Assembly (NCBI GenBank): GCA_963666285.1
Contig: OY762711.1
Origin: Sedimentisphaerales bacterium
GTDB lineage: Bacteria > Planctomycetota > Phycisphaerae > Sedimentisphaerales > SM23-30
Reading direction: 5' to 3' (one strand)
Length of the DNA: 64,000 bases
Numbering within the stretch: the stretch's first letter is position 1; each line of letters opens with the position of its first letter. Of this stretch, positions 10,575-18,744 are shown one piece after another. The notes under the pieces were generated by a model. That model was not told where the DNA came from. It saw nothing but the letters and a program-made list of their open reading frames with translations, and made no database searches. Both the position numbers and the translations under genes were made by a program.

Positions 10575-10735
10575 CTACTATCTCCTCAATACATACAGAC
10601 ATTCTCTGTACCAACAGGGAATGTGCCGGGATTCTATCTACTTAACTTGATTGATTTATTCAAAACGAGACTACACTGTCGAGTCGACGGTGTAATATAG
10701 GCGTGTTAATCTTGTCATTGCAACAAGAACAAGAT

Positions 10736-10764
10736 ATATTAACACATTAGATGCTTATTGTCAA
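10736..10764 (-). promoter_or_regulatory. Sigma-70-type promoter for the SulP gene
   Basis: Minus strand TTGACA-N17-TAATAT with a TG extension, about 160 nt upstream of the start codon. Confidence 0.55.
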
Positions 10765-10779
10765 GCAGTAAACACCAAC

Positions 10780-10813
10780 AAAAAAGACAGACTCAATCGG
10801 AGCCTGCCTTTTA
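10780..10813 (-). terminator. Intrinsic terminator after the lipoprotein genes
   Basis: Minus strand AAAAGGCAGGCTC-CGATT-GAGTCTGTCTTTTTT hairpin with U-tract. Confidence 0.7.
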
Positions 10814-10844
10814 CCGTCAATCATTACCACCAAAATGTTAAAAT

Positions 10845-11630
10845 TTATTTCATCGCATACTGGCCGAGGATACCATTCCAGGTTTTAGCTAACTCATCAA
10901 CCAGTTTAGAAAATGCCTGCCGCTCTGTATGTATTCGAGCACTGTCAATTGCTTCCTCGGTAGACCAGGCATTAGCAATATTGCTCCTGGAATCACTAGC
11001 TTCTGCCAGCCCATAGATATAACCTGTCCGCACATCATAAATAACAGCCGAAGCAGTAGTAGTAACCTTTGCCGACTTATTTGGCAATAACCCTAAAGTA
11101 ATAATGCCAAGCGGACCTATCTCCTGCGAATCTATTCTGAAACTGGTATCAAAAGTATAGAGTAATAACAAATCTGCGTGCAGCCCGGCTGCGGCCTGCC
11201 GAAGATCATGGACGGAATTAAGATCACGTGGTAACAGCAAACGATTTAATGTTCCAAGGCGATCAACCCCGGCCATCTTTGAGACCTTTTCATAATCCGA
11301 TTCCTGTTCAACTGTCCTGGCTGTAATAATACTGTATTTACCTTTGCCATAACTGTCACAATTATACGCACTATATCTATTACCCTGCACGCGGACAGCA
11401 ACAACATTAGCTGGGAAATTTGCCGCGGGTTTACTTTCAAACTGTTTGCGAATTTGATAGTCTTCTATCCTGACAATCTTGCCTCCGTTATTTTGACTGG
11501 CCGGATTAGCATACAATTGCTCATCCATTTCACTAAAATTAGCAGCAGGCCCAGGTGTGGTATAGTTAACCCCACAACCGGCTACAAAAAATAACATCAT
11601 TCCAGCCATAAAAATCATAATCTTCTTCAT
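10845..11630 (-). CDS. Lipoprotein (resembles the rhombotarget lipoprotein family)
   Basis: Signal peptide with lipobox VAGC. LRQAAAGLHADLLLLY and AVIYDVRTGYIY motifs. Family call is by resemblance. Confidence 0.6.
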   Translation of the reverse strand: MKKIMIFMAGMMLFFVAGCGVNYTTPGPAANFSEMDEQLYANPASQNNGGKIVRIEDYQIRKQFESKPAANFPANVVAVRVQGNRYSAYNCDSYGKGKYSIITARTVEQESDYEKVSKMAGVDRLGTLNRLLLPRDLNSVHDLRQAAAGLHADLLLLYTFDTSFRIDSQEIGPLGIITLGLLPNKSAKVTTTASAVIYDVRTGYIYGLAEASDSRSNIANAWSTEEAIDSARIHTERQAFSKLVDELAKTWNGILGQYAMK

Positions 11631-11642
11631 AATAATCTCCTG

Positions 11643-12026
11643 TTAGTTTAAATTACTTTCTGACATATTCACCGGAATAATCACCTTATTTTCATTTAGA
11701 AAAAATTCAACCGGAACACGCCCATCATCTTCAACCCCGCAAGAATGATAAAACTGATATCCTTCAGCATTCACTTCCCAAATATTCAAAACTTTATTAG
11801 CAACTTTTATCTTTGCCCACCCGTTATCATTCGTAATAATATTTTTTGTTTCCGGATAGTTTAAAAGAAAAAATGCAAGATAACGAACGGATACTTCAGC
11901 CCCCTCGACCGGTTGACTACTTTCATAGTCAACAACTTTAACTTCATATTCTTTATAACTATAAAACTTAATACATCCTGAAAGGAAAAACGGCATTGTA
12001 ACTATTACAATAATAATCTTCTTCAT
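11643..12026 (-). CDS. Small lipoprotein with carboxypeptidase-regulatory-like beta-sandwich
   Basis: Lipobox LSGC. VVDYESSQPVEGAEV...TNDNGWA...VNAEGY pattern. Confidence 0.6.
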   Translation of the reverse strand: MKKIIIVIVTMPFFLSGCIKFYSYKEYEVKVVDYESSQPVEGAEVSVRYLAFFLLNYPETKNIITNDNGWAKIKVANKVLNIWEVNAEGYQFYHSCGVEDDGRVPVEFFLNENKVIIPVNMSESNLN

Positions 12027-12263
12027 ATTAACTCCCGCATAATCCCAACCCGACTAACACTTGCGCTAGCTTTAAATGAAATGTGAGTTTTCAGGCGAAC
12101 ACCTTAACTTATATCTCCTATCAGCTCCGGTCCTCAACGGTAAATATAGACATAGAATATGCCTTTGCTCGATCGCTCGAAAGGTAAGCAATGACAGTAT
12201 AACCATTTACACTACGCTCGAACGGGCATTTTCAACTATTATGGGTATATAAATATCTATTAC

Positions 12264-14366
12264 TTAGTTTACCGTTGTTTCGTATTTCACGCCTTCCGGC
12301 ATTAGTTCAGGAACATTAACAGATACGCCATAATCTCCAGACGTTTGAGCTGTAGAATCAACAGCGACAAATGAAGTCAAATCACTCATAAGATTATAAT
12401 TTAATGCCGTTACAAGTATTTCAGAGGCGATGCTATCATTACCTGAAATTACCAATTTATTATTCAACATCTCGATCTTTTTGCGAGCCCAGATGGCAGC
12501 AATGCCGTCATGACGAGTATTGTCACTGAATTCAGCAGGAACGGTATATTCCTGATCCAGGCTACCAACCCTACCGCTGACAGTAATATTGCACTTTTTG
12601 GTATTTTTACACTTTCCGGTTATAACTACTGCCCTGCCGGCAAAAAGGTCTGGGACTTTTTGGGGCCATACTTCGGCAACTTGCATATCACCAAAATTGA
12701 TAGAAATATCTGTCAGTGCAGGATGGGCAATAGTTTCATAGAAATTATCAACTGGCTCGACCGGACTGTCATTGTGACCAATATACGATACAGCACCCTG
12801 GCCGATAGCTGCCATACGATCAAGCAGATAACGATTAGGCGAACTGCCTATACCGAAGCTGAAAATACGGCTTTCACCGAGCTTTTCACTGATGGCTTTG
12901 AGAATCTCAGCTTCATTACCAATATAACCGTCAGTCATAAATGAAACAATTCTGAAGCGTTTAGGATCATGCTCGAAATCAAGAGCCGCCTTTATTCCTT
13001 CGATCATCATAGTTCCACCACTAACATTCAATTGTTTTACATACTTTAATCCTATATTTATATTCTCCTTAGAAGCAATAACAGGTTTGCTACCAAGCCT
13101 GGAAGCATTATTACTGAACTGGATAATCTGAAAACTATCATCCGGTCCCAAACGCTTAAGAGCACGACTAATGGCTTGTTTCGAAATATCCATTGGCCAG
13201 CCATTCATACTGCCGGAACAGTCAAGTACAAAAATCATCTCCATTGGCACTCGCTTCAGCTGTGTAATGCTTTCCGGCGGATACAGCATCATAGTAAAAT
13301 AACTCCCGTTTTCATCGGAAGTTGTCATTATACCGGTTTTTACCTTGTCACCTGCAACGTTATAACGAAGTACAAAATCCTTGTTTGGGATAGTATCGTT
13401 ACGGGCGATCTGCACATTTACCCGGCTGTCAGAGTTGTATTTTTTCTCAATTATATGGCTGCTGCATACCAAATCTTCAATTTTTACACCGGCATCAATA
13501 TTAACTGCAAGTGAGATATCGTGTCCGCTTCGCTGATCCGGTTTGAGGTAATGAACTTCGCTTGACTGACTGCTGGTTCCGTCTGGTGTGCCGTGGGCAA
13601 CAGCTGCTACGCCGTCAGTTGTATGCGGAGGGTTAAAACGCGGTCCTACAACCATTGGAAAGACAAACTCATACCAACCGTCTTTATAAGCCAGAGTATT
13701 GAAATATTTTATATTGATATCGATAGCTTTGCCTGGCTCTATATTGGCAACTTTCTGGGTGAAAATATTAGGTCGCTGCTGAGTTAGCAGGCTAGCTGTA
13801 TAACCTAACCCACGAGCCTGTTCATAAATCTTCTTAGCTTCTTCTTTTTCTCTTATTACACCTCGAATAGTTCGATCCCCTATTGTCATCAAAAAATCAT
13901 TAACTGCAGCATTTTGAGGTAAAGGAAAGACATATTTCGCTTCAATCTTAACAGCATAAGGATTATGAAACTTCTGCCTTACTTCTACGGTTGCAATATA
14001 ACCCGAGACATTACCATTGACATCAGTATGCTTTAATGGCAATGGTACTTCCTCTTTTTGATCAGGCACCTTCGCAATGCAAGAGCCACTAAGAGGTACG
14101 TCTACATCGCAACGGAAAGACCCTTCACTAATATCAGTTTTTTGTATTACCCATATTTCATCAGCATCAACATTAATAACACCATCTGAACTTGCCAACT
14201 CATGCAGCTCTGCATCACTAAGCTCATTCAGCATACGTCGATTAGCACTCTCAACTGCAAACCTGGCACTTTCTTTGGCTTTATTTAATGCAGGCATAAA
14301 TAATGAAACTATAAATGCAACTATAGCAAGTACAACTAACAGCCATATAATTTTATTGGTTTTCAT
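12264..14366 (-). CDS. VIT + vWA domain protein (paralog B) with prepilin-like N-terminal helix
   Basis: VIT domain (PLKHTDV...QKFHNPY...YVFPLP...IRGVIREKEEAK). MIDAS motif DCSGSM...GGT...TDG. N-terminus LLVVLAIVAFIVSLFMPALNKAKESAR. Confidence 0.88.
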   Translation of the reverse strand: MKTNKIIWLLVVLAIVAFIVSLFMPALNKAKESARFAVESANRRMLNELSDAELHELASSDGVINVDADEIWVIQKTDISEGSFRCDVDVPLSGSCIAKVPDQKEEVPLPLKHTDVNGNVSGYIATVEVRQKFHNPYAVKIEAKYVFPLPQNAAVNDFLMTIGDRTIRGVIREKEEAKKIYEQARGLGYTASLLTQQRPNIFTQKVANIEPGKAIDINIKYFNTLAYKDGWYEFVFPMVVGPRFNPPHTTDGVAAVAHGTPDGTSSQSSEVHYLKPDQRSGHDISLAVNIDAGVKIEDLVCSSHIIEKKYNSDSRVNVQIARNDTIPNKDFVLRYNVAGDKVKTGIMTTSDENGSYFTMMLYPPESITQLKRVPMEMIFVLDCSGSMNGWPMDISKQAISRALKRLGPDDSFQIIQFSNNASRLGSKPVIASKENINIGLKYVKQLNVSGGTMMIEGIKAALDFEHDPKRFRIVSFMTDGYIGNEAEILKAISEKLGESRIFSFGIGSSPNRYLLDRMAAIGQGAVSYIGHNDSPVEPVDNFYETIAHPALTDISINFGDMQVAEVWPQKVPDLFAGRAVVITGKCKNTKKCNITVSGRVGSLDQEYTVPAEFSDNTRHDGIAAIWARKKIEMLNNKLVISGNDSIASEILVTALNYNLMSDLTSFVAVDSTAQTSGDYGVSVNVPELMPEGVKYETTVN

Positions 14367-14396
14367 AACTAATTCTCCTATGTTAGACTTTCAACC

Positions 14397-16943
14397 CTAA
14401 TGTACTTCCTGAACCGTTGTTTCGTATTTCACGCCTTCCGGCACTGGAACAGAAACATTGACCGTTACGCCATGTTCTCCAGAAGTAACAGTAGCAGAAT
14501 CCACGGCAACAAATGAAGTGTAGTTGCTCATAAGGTTATAGCTCAACGCAGTAGTAAGAATAGCGTTTGAAAGATCTGTTGGACCGCCGGTATTGAGCAA
14601 ATTATTCAATATCTCAATCTTTTTACGAGCCCAGATGGCAGCAATGCCGTCATGACGAGTGTTGTCACTAAATTCAGCAGGAACGGTATATTGCTGATCC
14701 AGGCTGCCAACCTTACCACCAACTGTTATATTGCAGTTCTTTGGACTTTTGCATCTGCCGGTAATAACTACCGCCCTGCCGGCGAATAGATCCGGTACTC
14801 TAGGCGGCCATACTTCGGCAACTTGCATATCGCCAAAATCGATGGATATATCTGTAAGTGCAGGATGGGCAATAGTTTCATAGAAATTATCAACCGGCTC
14901 GATCGGGCTGTCATTGTGACCAATATACGAAACAGCACCCTGACCGATAGCTGCCATACGATCAAGCAGATAACGGTTAGGCGAGCTGCCAATGCCGAAG
15001 CTGAAAATACGGCTTTCACCAAGCTTTTCACTTATGGCTTTGAGAATCTCAGCTTCATTACCAATATAACCGTCAGTCATAAACGAAACGATTCTGAAGC
15101 GTTTAGGATCATGCTCAAAGTCCAGAGCTGCTTTGATACCTTCAATCATCATTGTTCCGCCGCCGCCATGAAGGCCCTCAAGATAGGTAAGCCCTTTTTC
15201 TATATTCTCTTGAGTTGCTTCGATTGGTTTGGGACCAAGCTGAGAAGCATTATTGCTGAATCTAATGATCTGGAAGCTGTCATCCGGTCCGAGGCGTTTC
15301 AGGGCACGGTTAATGGCTTTCTTTGACATTTCAATAGGAAAACCATTCATACTGCCGGAACAGTCAAGTACAAAAATCATTTCCATTGGTACCCGTTTGA
15401 GCTGGGAGATACTTTCCGGAGGATACAACATCATAGTGAAGTAACTTCCGTTATCGTCAGTAGTTGTCATAATGCCGGTTTTTACCTTATTGCCGGCAAC
15501 CTTATAACGAAGTACAAAATCCTTGTTTGGGATAGTATCGTTACGGGCGATCTGCACATTTACCCGGCTGTCAGAGTTGTATTTTTTCTCAATTATATGG
15601 CTGCTGCATTCCAGATCTTCAATCTTTACGCCGGCGTCAATATTAACTGCGAGCGAGATATCATGTCCGCTTCGCTGGTCCGGTTTGAGGTAATGGACCT
15701 CGGTTGACTGTCCGCTGGTACCGTCTGGTGTGCCGTGGGCAACTGCCGCTATGCCGTCAGTTGTATGCGGAGGGTTAAAACGCGGTCCTACAACCATTGG
15801 AAAGACAAATTCATACCAGCCGTCTTTATAAGCCAGGGTATTGAAATATTTTATATTGATATCGATAGCTTTGCCCGGCTCTATATTGGCAACTTTTTGG
15901 GTGAAGATATTAGGCCGCTGCTGGGTTAGCAGGCTGGCCACATGGCCCCGGCTGCGGGCGGCTTCGTATATTTGTTTGGCTTCTTCCTTTTCACGGATAA
16001 CGCCTCGGATTGTGCGGTCACCAACGGTCATAAGAAAGTCGTTTACCGCAGCATTCTGAGGCAGCGGAAAGACATAGCGTGCCTCTATCTTGGTATCGTA
16101 TGGATTGTGAAACTGCTGAACAACATTTACGGTTGCTATATAACCGGCGATATTGCCTGTAACATCTGTATGCTTAAGCGGTAACGGCACTTCCTCGGGA
16201 TTATCAGGCAGCTTAACAACACAACAGCCGCTGACAGGAGTATTATCGTCTACCGGCACTACCGATTTGGCAGTATCAACTTTAGCTATAACCCATAGCT
16301 CATCGGCATTGAAGTTGTTCAAAACAATTTGATTATTGATTGGTGCTTTCCCAAAAGAATACATCTGAGCCATCACACCACCATCCATACCACTAACGTC
16401 ATACCCAACAATACCCTGGCCAGCTGCGATAGGTTTTGCACTCCCCTTTTCAACAGTTGGATATTCTATTTTTTCTACTGGAGGAATTAGATCTTTATCA
16501 ACGGCCATTAAGTGCATTGTAACATTATGGTCCGCATTTCTGGATTTTTCATGCTGAATCTGCCATAACAACGCCTGCGAATACATATTTCTAAGGTATT
16601 TTGCCTGTTCGTTATAAGGGTCTACAGAAAGCAAACGATCTATAGTGTCAATAGCAGCTTGAAACCTTCTTTGCTCTGCAAACTTATTAGCAGTATGGAA
16701 TAAAGTACTTATAACCTGTACTTCTTGAGCTGCTTCTCTAGCTGAATCTCTGGTTTTATCTATTGCTTCAGTATCAGAACTCCCATGTTCATCAGAGGTG
16801 CCTCCCTGATAAGCAGCAGTATCTCCAGGGGCTGAGACGGTACTATTAATATCATTGCCACAGCCTTGAATAAGCAAGAATGCAGGTATTGCCAGCAATG
16901 ATAATAATAATCCAGTAAAAATTGATTTTCTTAGGTTAAACAT
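14397..16943 (-). CDS. VIT + vWA domain lipoprotein (paralog A) with N-terminal TPR-like segment
   Basis: Lipobox IQGC, TPR-like helix pair (FQAAIDTIDRLLSVDPYN), VIT domain, and MIDAS motif DCSGSM/TDG. Confidence 0.88.
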   Translation of the reverse strand: MFNLRKSIFTGLLLSLLAIPAFLLIQGCGNDINSTVSAPGDTAAYQGGTSDEHGSSDTEAIDKTRDSAREAAQEVQVISTLFHTANKFAEQRRFQAAIDTIDRLLSVDPYNEQAKYLRNMYSQALLWQIQHEKSRNADHNVTMHLMAVDKDLIPPVEKIEYPTVEKGSAKPIAAGQGIVGYDVSGMDGGVMAQMYSFGKAPINNQIVLNNFNADELWVIAKVDTAKSVVPVDDNTPVSGCCVVKLPDNPEEVPLPLKHTDVTGNIAGYIATVNVVQQFHNPYDTKIEARYVFPLPQNAAVNDFLMTVGDRTIRGVIREKEEAKQIYEAARSRGHVASLLTQQRPNIFTQKVANIEPGKAIDINIKYFNTLAYKDGWYEFVFPMVVGPRFNPPHTTDGIAAVAHGTPDGTSGQSTEVHYLKPDQRSGHDISLAVNIDAGVKIEDLECSSHIIEKKYNSDSRVNVQIARNDTIPNKDFVLRYKVAGNKVKTGIMTTTDDNGSYFTMMLYPPESISQLKRVPMEMIFVLDCSGSMNGFPIEMSKKAINRALKRLGPDDSFQIIRFSNNASQLGPKPIEATQENIEKGLTYLEGLHGGGGTMMIEGIKAALDFEHDPKRFRIVSFMTDGYIGNEAEILKAISEKLGESRIFSFGIGSSPNRYLLDRMAAIGQGAVSYIGHNDSPIEPVDNFYETIAHPALTDISIDFGDMQVAEVWPPRVPDLFAGRAVVITGRCKSPKNCNITVGGKVGSLDQQYTVPAEFSDNTRHDGIAAIWARKKIEILNNLLNTGGPTDLSNAILTTALSYNLMSNYTSFVAVDSATVTSGEHGVTVNVSVPVPEGVKYETTVQEVH

Positions 16944-16991
16944 CTTAAACTCCGAATATTGTAATTGTCTATGTTTTAATGTCTTATAATA

Positions 16992-17449
16992 TTAGTCACG
17001 ATCGGTAAGCCGGTAAGTCATATCAGCTTTTACCTTGTTTCCTTTGGCATCTGCGATGACAACCGGTGTAATTTCGAACTCCGGAGTCTGGTCGCCGGAA
17101 ATCATAAAGTGGAGGCGGGCACATCTGAACTTACCGGAAGGTAATGATTTATCGAGATTGAAAGCGGCAAGTATGATTCTGCCATGATTAAGAGCCTTTG
17201 GGTCGTAATAGCCCGGAGCTTTGAAAGCCTCGCAGTCGCCGCCTTCAACGCCGGAAAGCTTTGCAATACCTGATGTTACCTTAAGTTCGAACTGGTATGC
17301 CGCGATAGACTTATCAGCGGAATCGATTATGATATCGACAGGTACAAACCTGACATTGCTGAAGTCAGCCTGCGGTTCAAGAGCTTTGCCGAAACTGTAT
17401 GTAAGTGCGGTAAAACAAAGGGTTAATATAATAATTGTCATTTTGTTCT
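16992..17449 (-). CDS. Secreted cohesin-like beta-sandwich protein, exon 2 (spliced CDS = 18172-18169 + 17449-16992, 153 aa)
   Basis: Joining ATGA to AG AAC AAA ATG gives in-frame MKNKMTIIILTLCF..., a good signal peptide. The mature part has a cohesin-like pattern: VPVDIII..IAAYQFEL...GRIILAAF...ARLHF...IADAKGNKV. Confidence 0.65.
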
Positions 17450-18168
17450 GTCGAGTAGGCATGTCGCCTCCTTTCATTAATTTAACAAATTCTGAGTTTC
17501 ATTATATTTTGTGCAAGGAAACGCATGCCCCTCACAGAACCGGACTTGAAGATTTCCCTCATCCGGCTCTTCATTAATGCTCACTTTGACGGCTACATAA
17601 GGCAAAGTAATGTGCCTTGTAGAAGTCTCCGATAGAAGACGCTGTGGAACGTTCATGGTTTCTTCCAGTTCAGTGCCTGGCCAATATCCTGTTTCGCCTT
17701 TACACATTAATGCTGACCCCTTCGAGTGCCTCAAACTTCGAAACTCAACAGGCATTACCCTGTTTACTCCTCTACTATGAGTCAGTCCGACTACCAAAAT
17801 GCCATACGGCCGCGTCACGGTTTCAGCTCCTTGGCCGCTTCCTTTCGGAGCACTTCGGTTCTCCCAAGTTCCAATGCAGTCAGTTCGTTTGCCCGCTACG
17901 GACTCAGACCCCGGCTCGTCGATATATGCTCGCCGTATTTCGCATATATCGATATTGGCTTCAGGCATATGAAAACCCTGGCCCGGATGCGATAAGGAAT
18001 AATTTCGGGGCTCAACACCTTCACTTGCGTTGTGGCTGACAAACTCCTTTCCCGGGGCTTCGTACAGTTCGTTACCTCTCTGCACGCCCGGTGCTGTAAT
18101 GGGCGGGTGGCTAGCCCTTACCCATGCCGGATTGGCCGGCTTGACTACATTAGCTTCGCTTGGCGCTC
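17450..18168 (-). mobile_element. Group II intron lacking a reverse-transcriptase ORF (719 nt), inserted after nucleotide +4 of the host CDS
   Basis: Domain V GAGCCGGATGAGGGAAATCTTCAAGTCCGGTTC (17537-17569, AGC triad). Domain VI stem with bulged A at 17456 and 3' end CCTACTCGAC. 5' end GAGCG. EBS1 UCAUAU (17967-17972) in a CAGG/CCTG loop complements exon end ATATGA. Removal restores the reading frame. Confidence 0.9.
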
Positions 18169-18188
18169 TCATATTATTATCCTTCAAT

Positions 18189-18680
18189 TTAATTTATAAT
18201 CATTGCCAGCTGAGAGTTTAACCGGGCAGCAGCCGCCTGGTCCAGGTTGTTTATCTCAACTGCTTTATTGGCAACTATTTGCACATCAGTAATAGAAAGA
18301 TTATTGTCGTTGTTATAATCCCATTTCCGGTCGTATATGCCCTTGTCACGGATATGGATAGCGAGAGTCATAGCATCGAGTATATCTACACTTCCATCGC
18401 GGTTAACATCCTGCGGGGCAAAGGTTTGGGAATTGTGTAATACAAAGAAAGCCGATATAGCGACAAGCACAATTGCCGCGGCATATCGTAAATAATGTAT
18501 TAGAGGAGATTTACGCCGTTTGTTGAAAGCATCAAAATGAGCTCTGGCTCCCTCTAAAACAGCTCTATCAACATCAAGCGGAAGTTGAGAATCAGTTGTA
18601 AACTCTTTTTTCAATTCGAGTTGCAACTCATCTGATAGTTCCGGGATATCATCAAAATTGTTAATATTATTGTTATCCAT
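18189..18680 (-). CDS. Putative anti-sigma factor: acidic cytoplasmic N-terminus, one TM helix, extracytoplasmic dockerin type I-like domain
   Basis: Directly follows the ECF sigma. TM segment YAAAIVLVAISAFFVL. Paired loops DVNRDGSVDILDA and DYNNDNNLSITDV. Confidence 0.7.
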   Translation of the reverse strand: MDNNNINNFDDIPELSDELQLELKKEFTTDSQLPLDVDRAVLEGARAHFDAFNKRRKSPLIHYLRYAAAIVLVAISAFFVLHNSQTFAPQDVNRDGSVDILDAMTLAIHIRDKGIYDRKWDYNNDNNLSITDVQIVANKAVEINNLDQAAAARLNSQLAMIIN

Positions 18681-18700
18681 GGTTTATGGTCTCCGTATAT

Positions 18701-18728
18701 TTAGACCGCAGGTGAGTAAAATAGTTTC
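18701..18728 (-). promoter_or_regulatory. ECF-sigma-type promoter upstream of the anti-sigma gene
   Basis: Minus strand GAAACT-N16-GTCTAA matches the AAC/GTC ECF pattern. Confidence 0.5.
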
Positions 18729-18744
18729 AGAAAAATAAGAATAA

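Noticed and set aside
10845..12263. Integron cassettes (small AT-rich genes)
   Set aside because: Only 12 nt separate the two lipoprotein genes, no RYYYAAC...GTTRRRY attC structure is present, and there is no integrase.
12264..16943. Diversity-generating retroelement (TR/VR pair) in the VIT-vWA repeats
   Set aside because: Differences are not adenine-specific, both copies are full genes, and no RT is present in the window.
17477..18187. 236-aa ORF as an ordinary protein or reverse transcriptase
   Set aside because: It has no YADD or other RT motifs and coincides with group II ribozyme domains. It is reported as an intron-spanning frame, not a normal gene.
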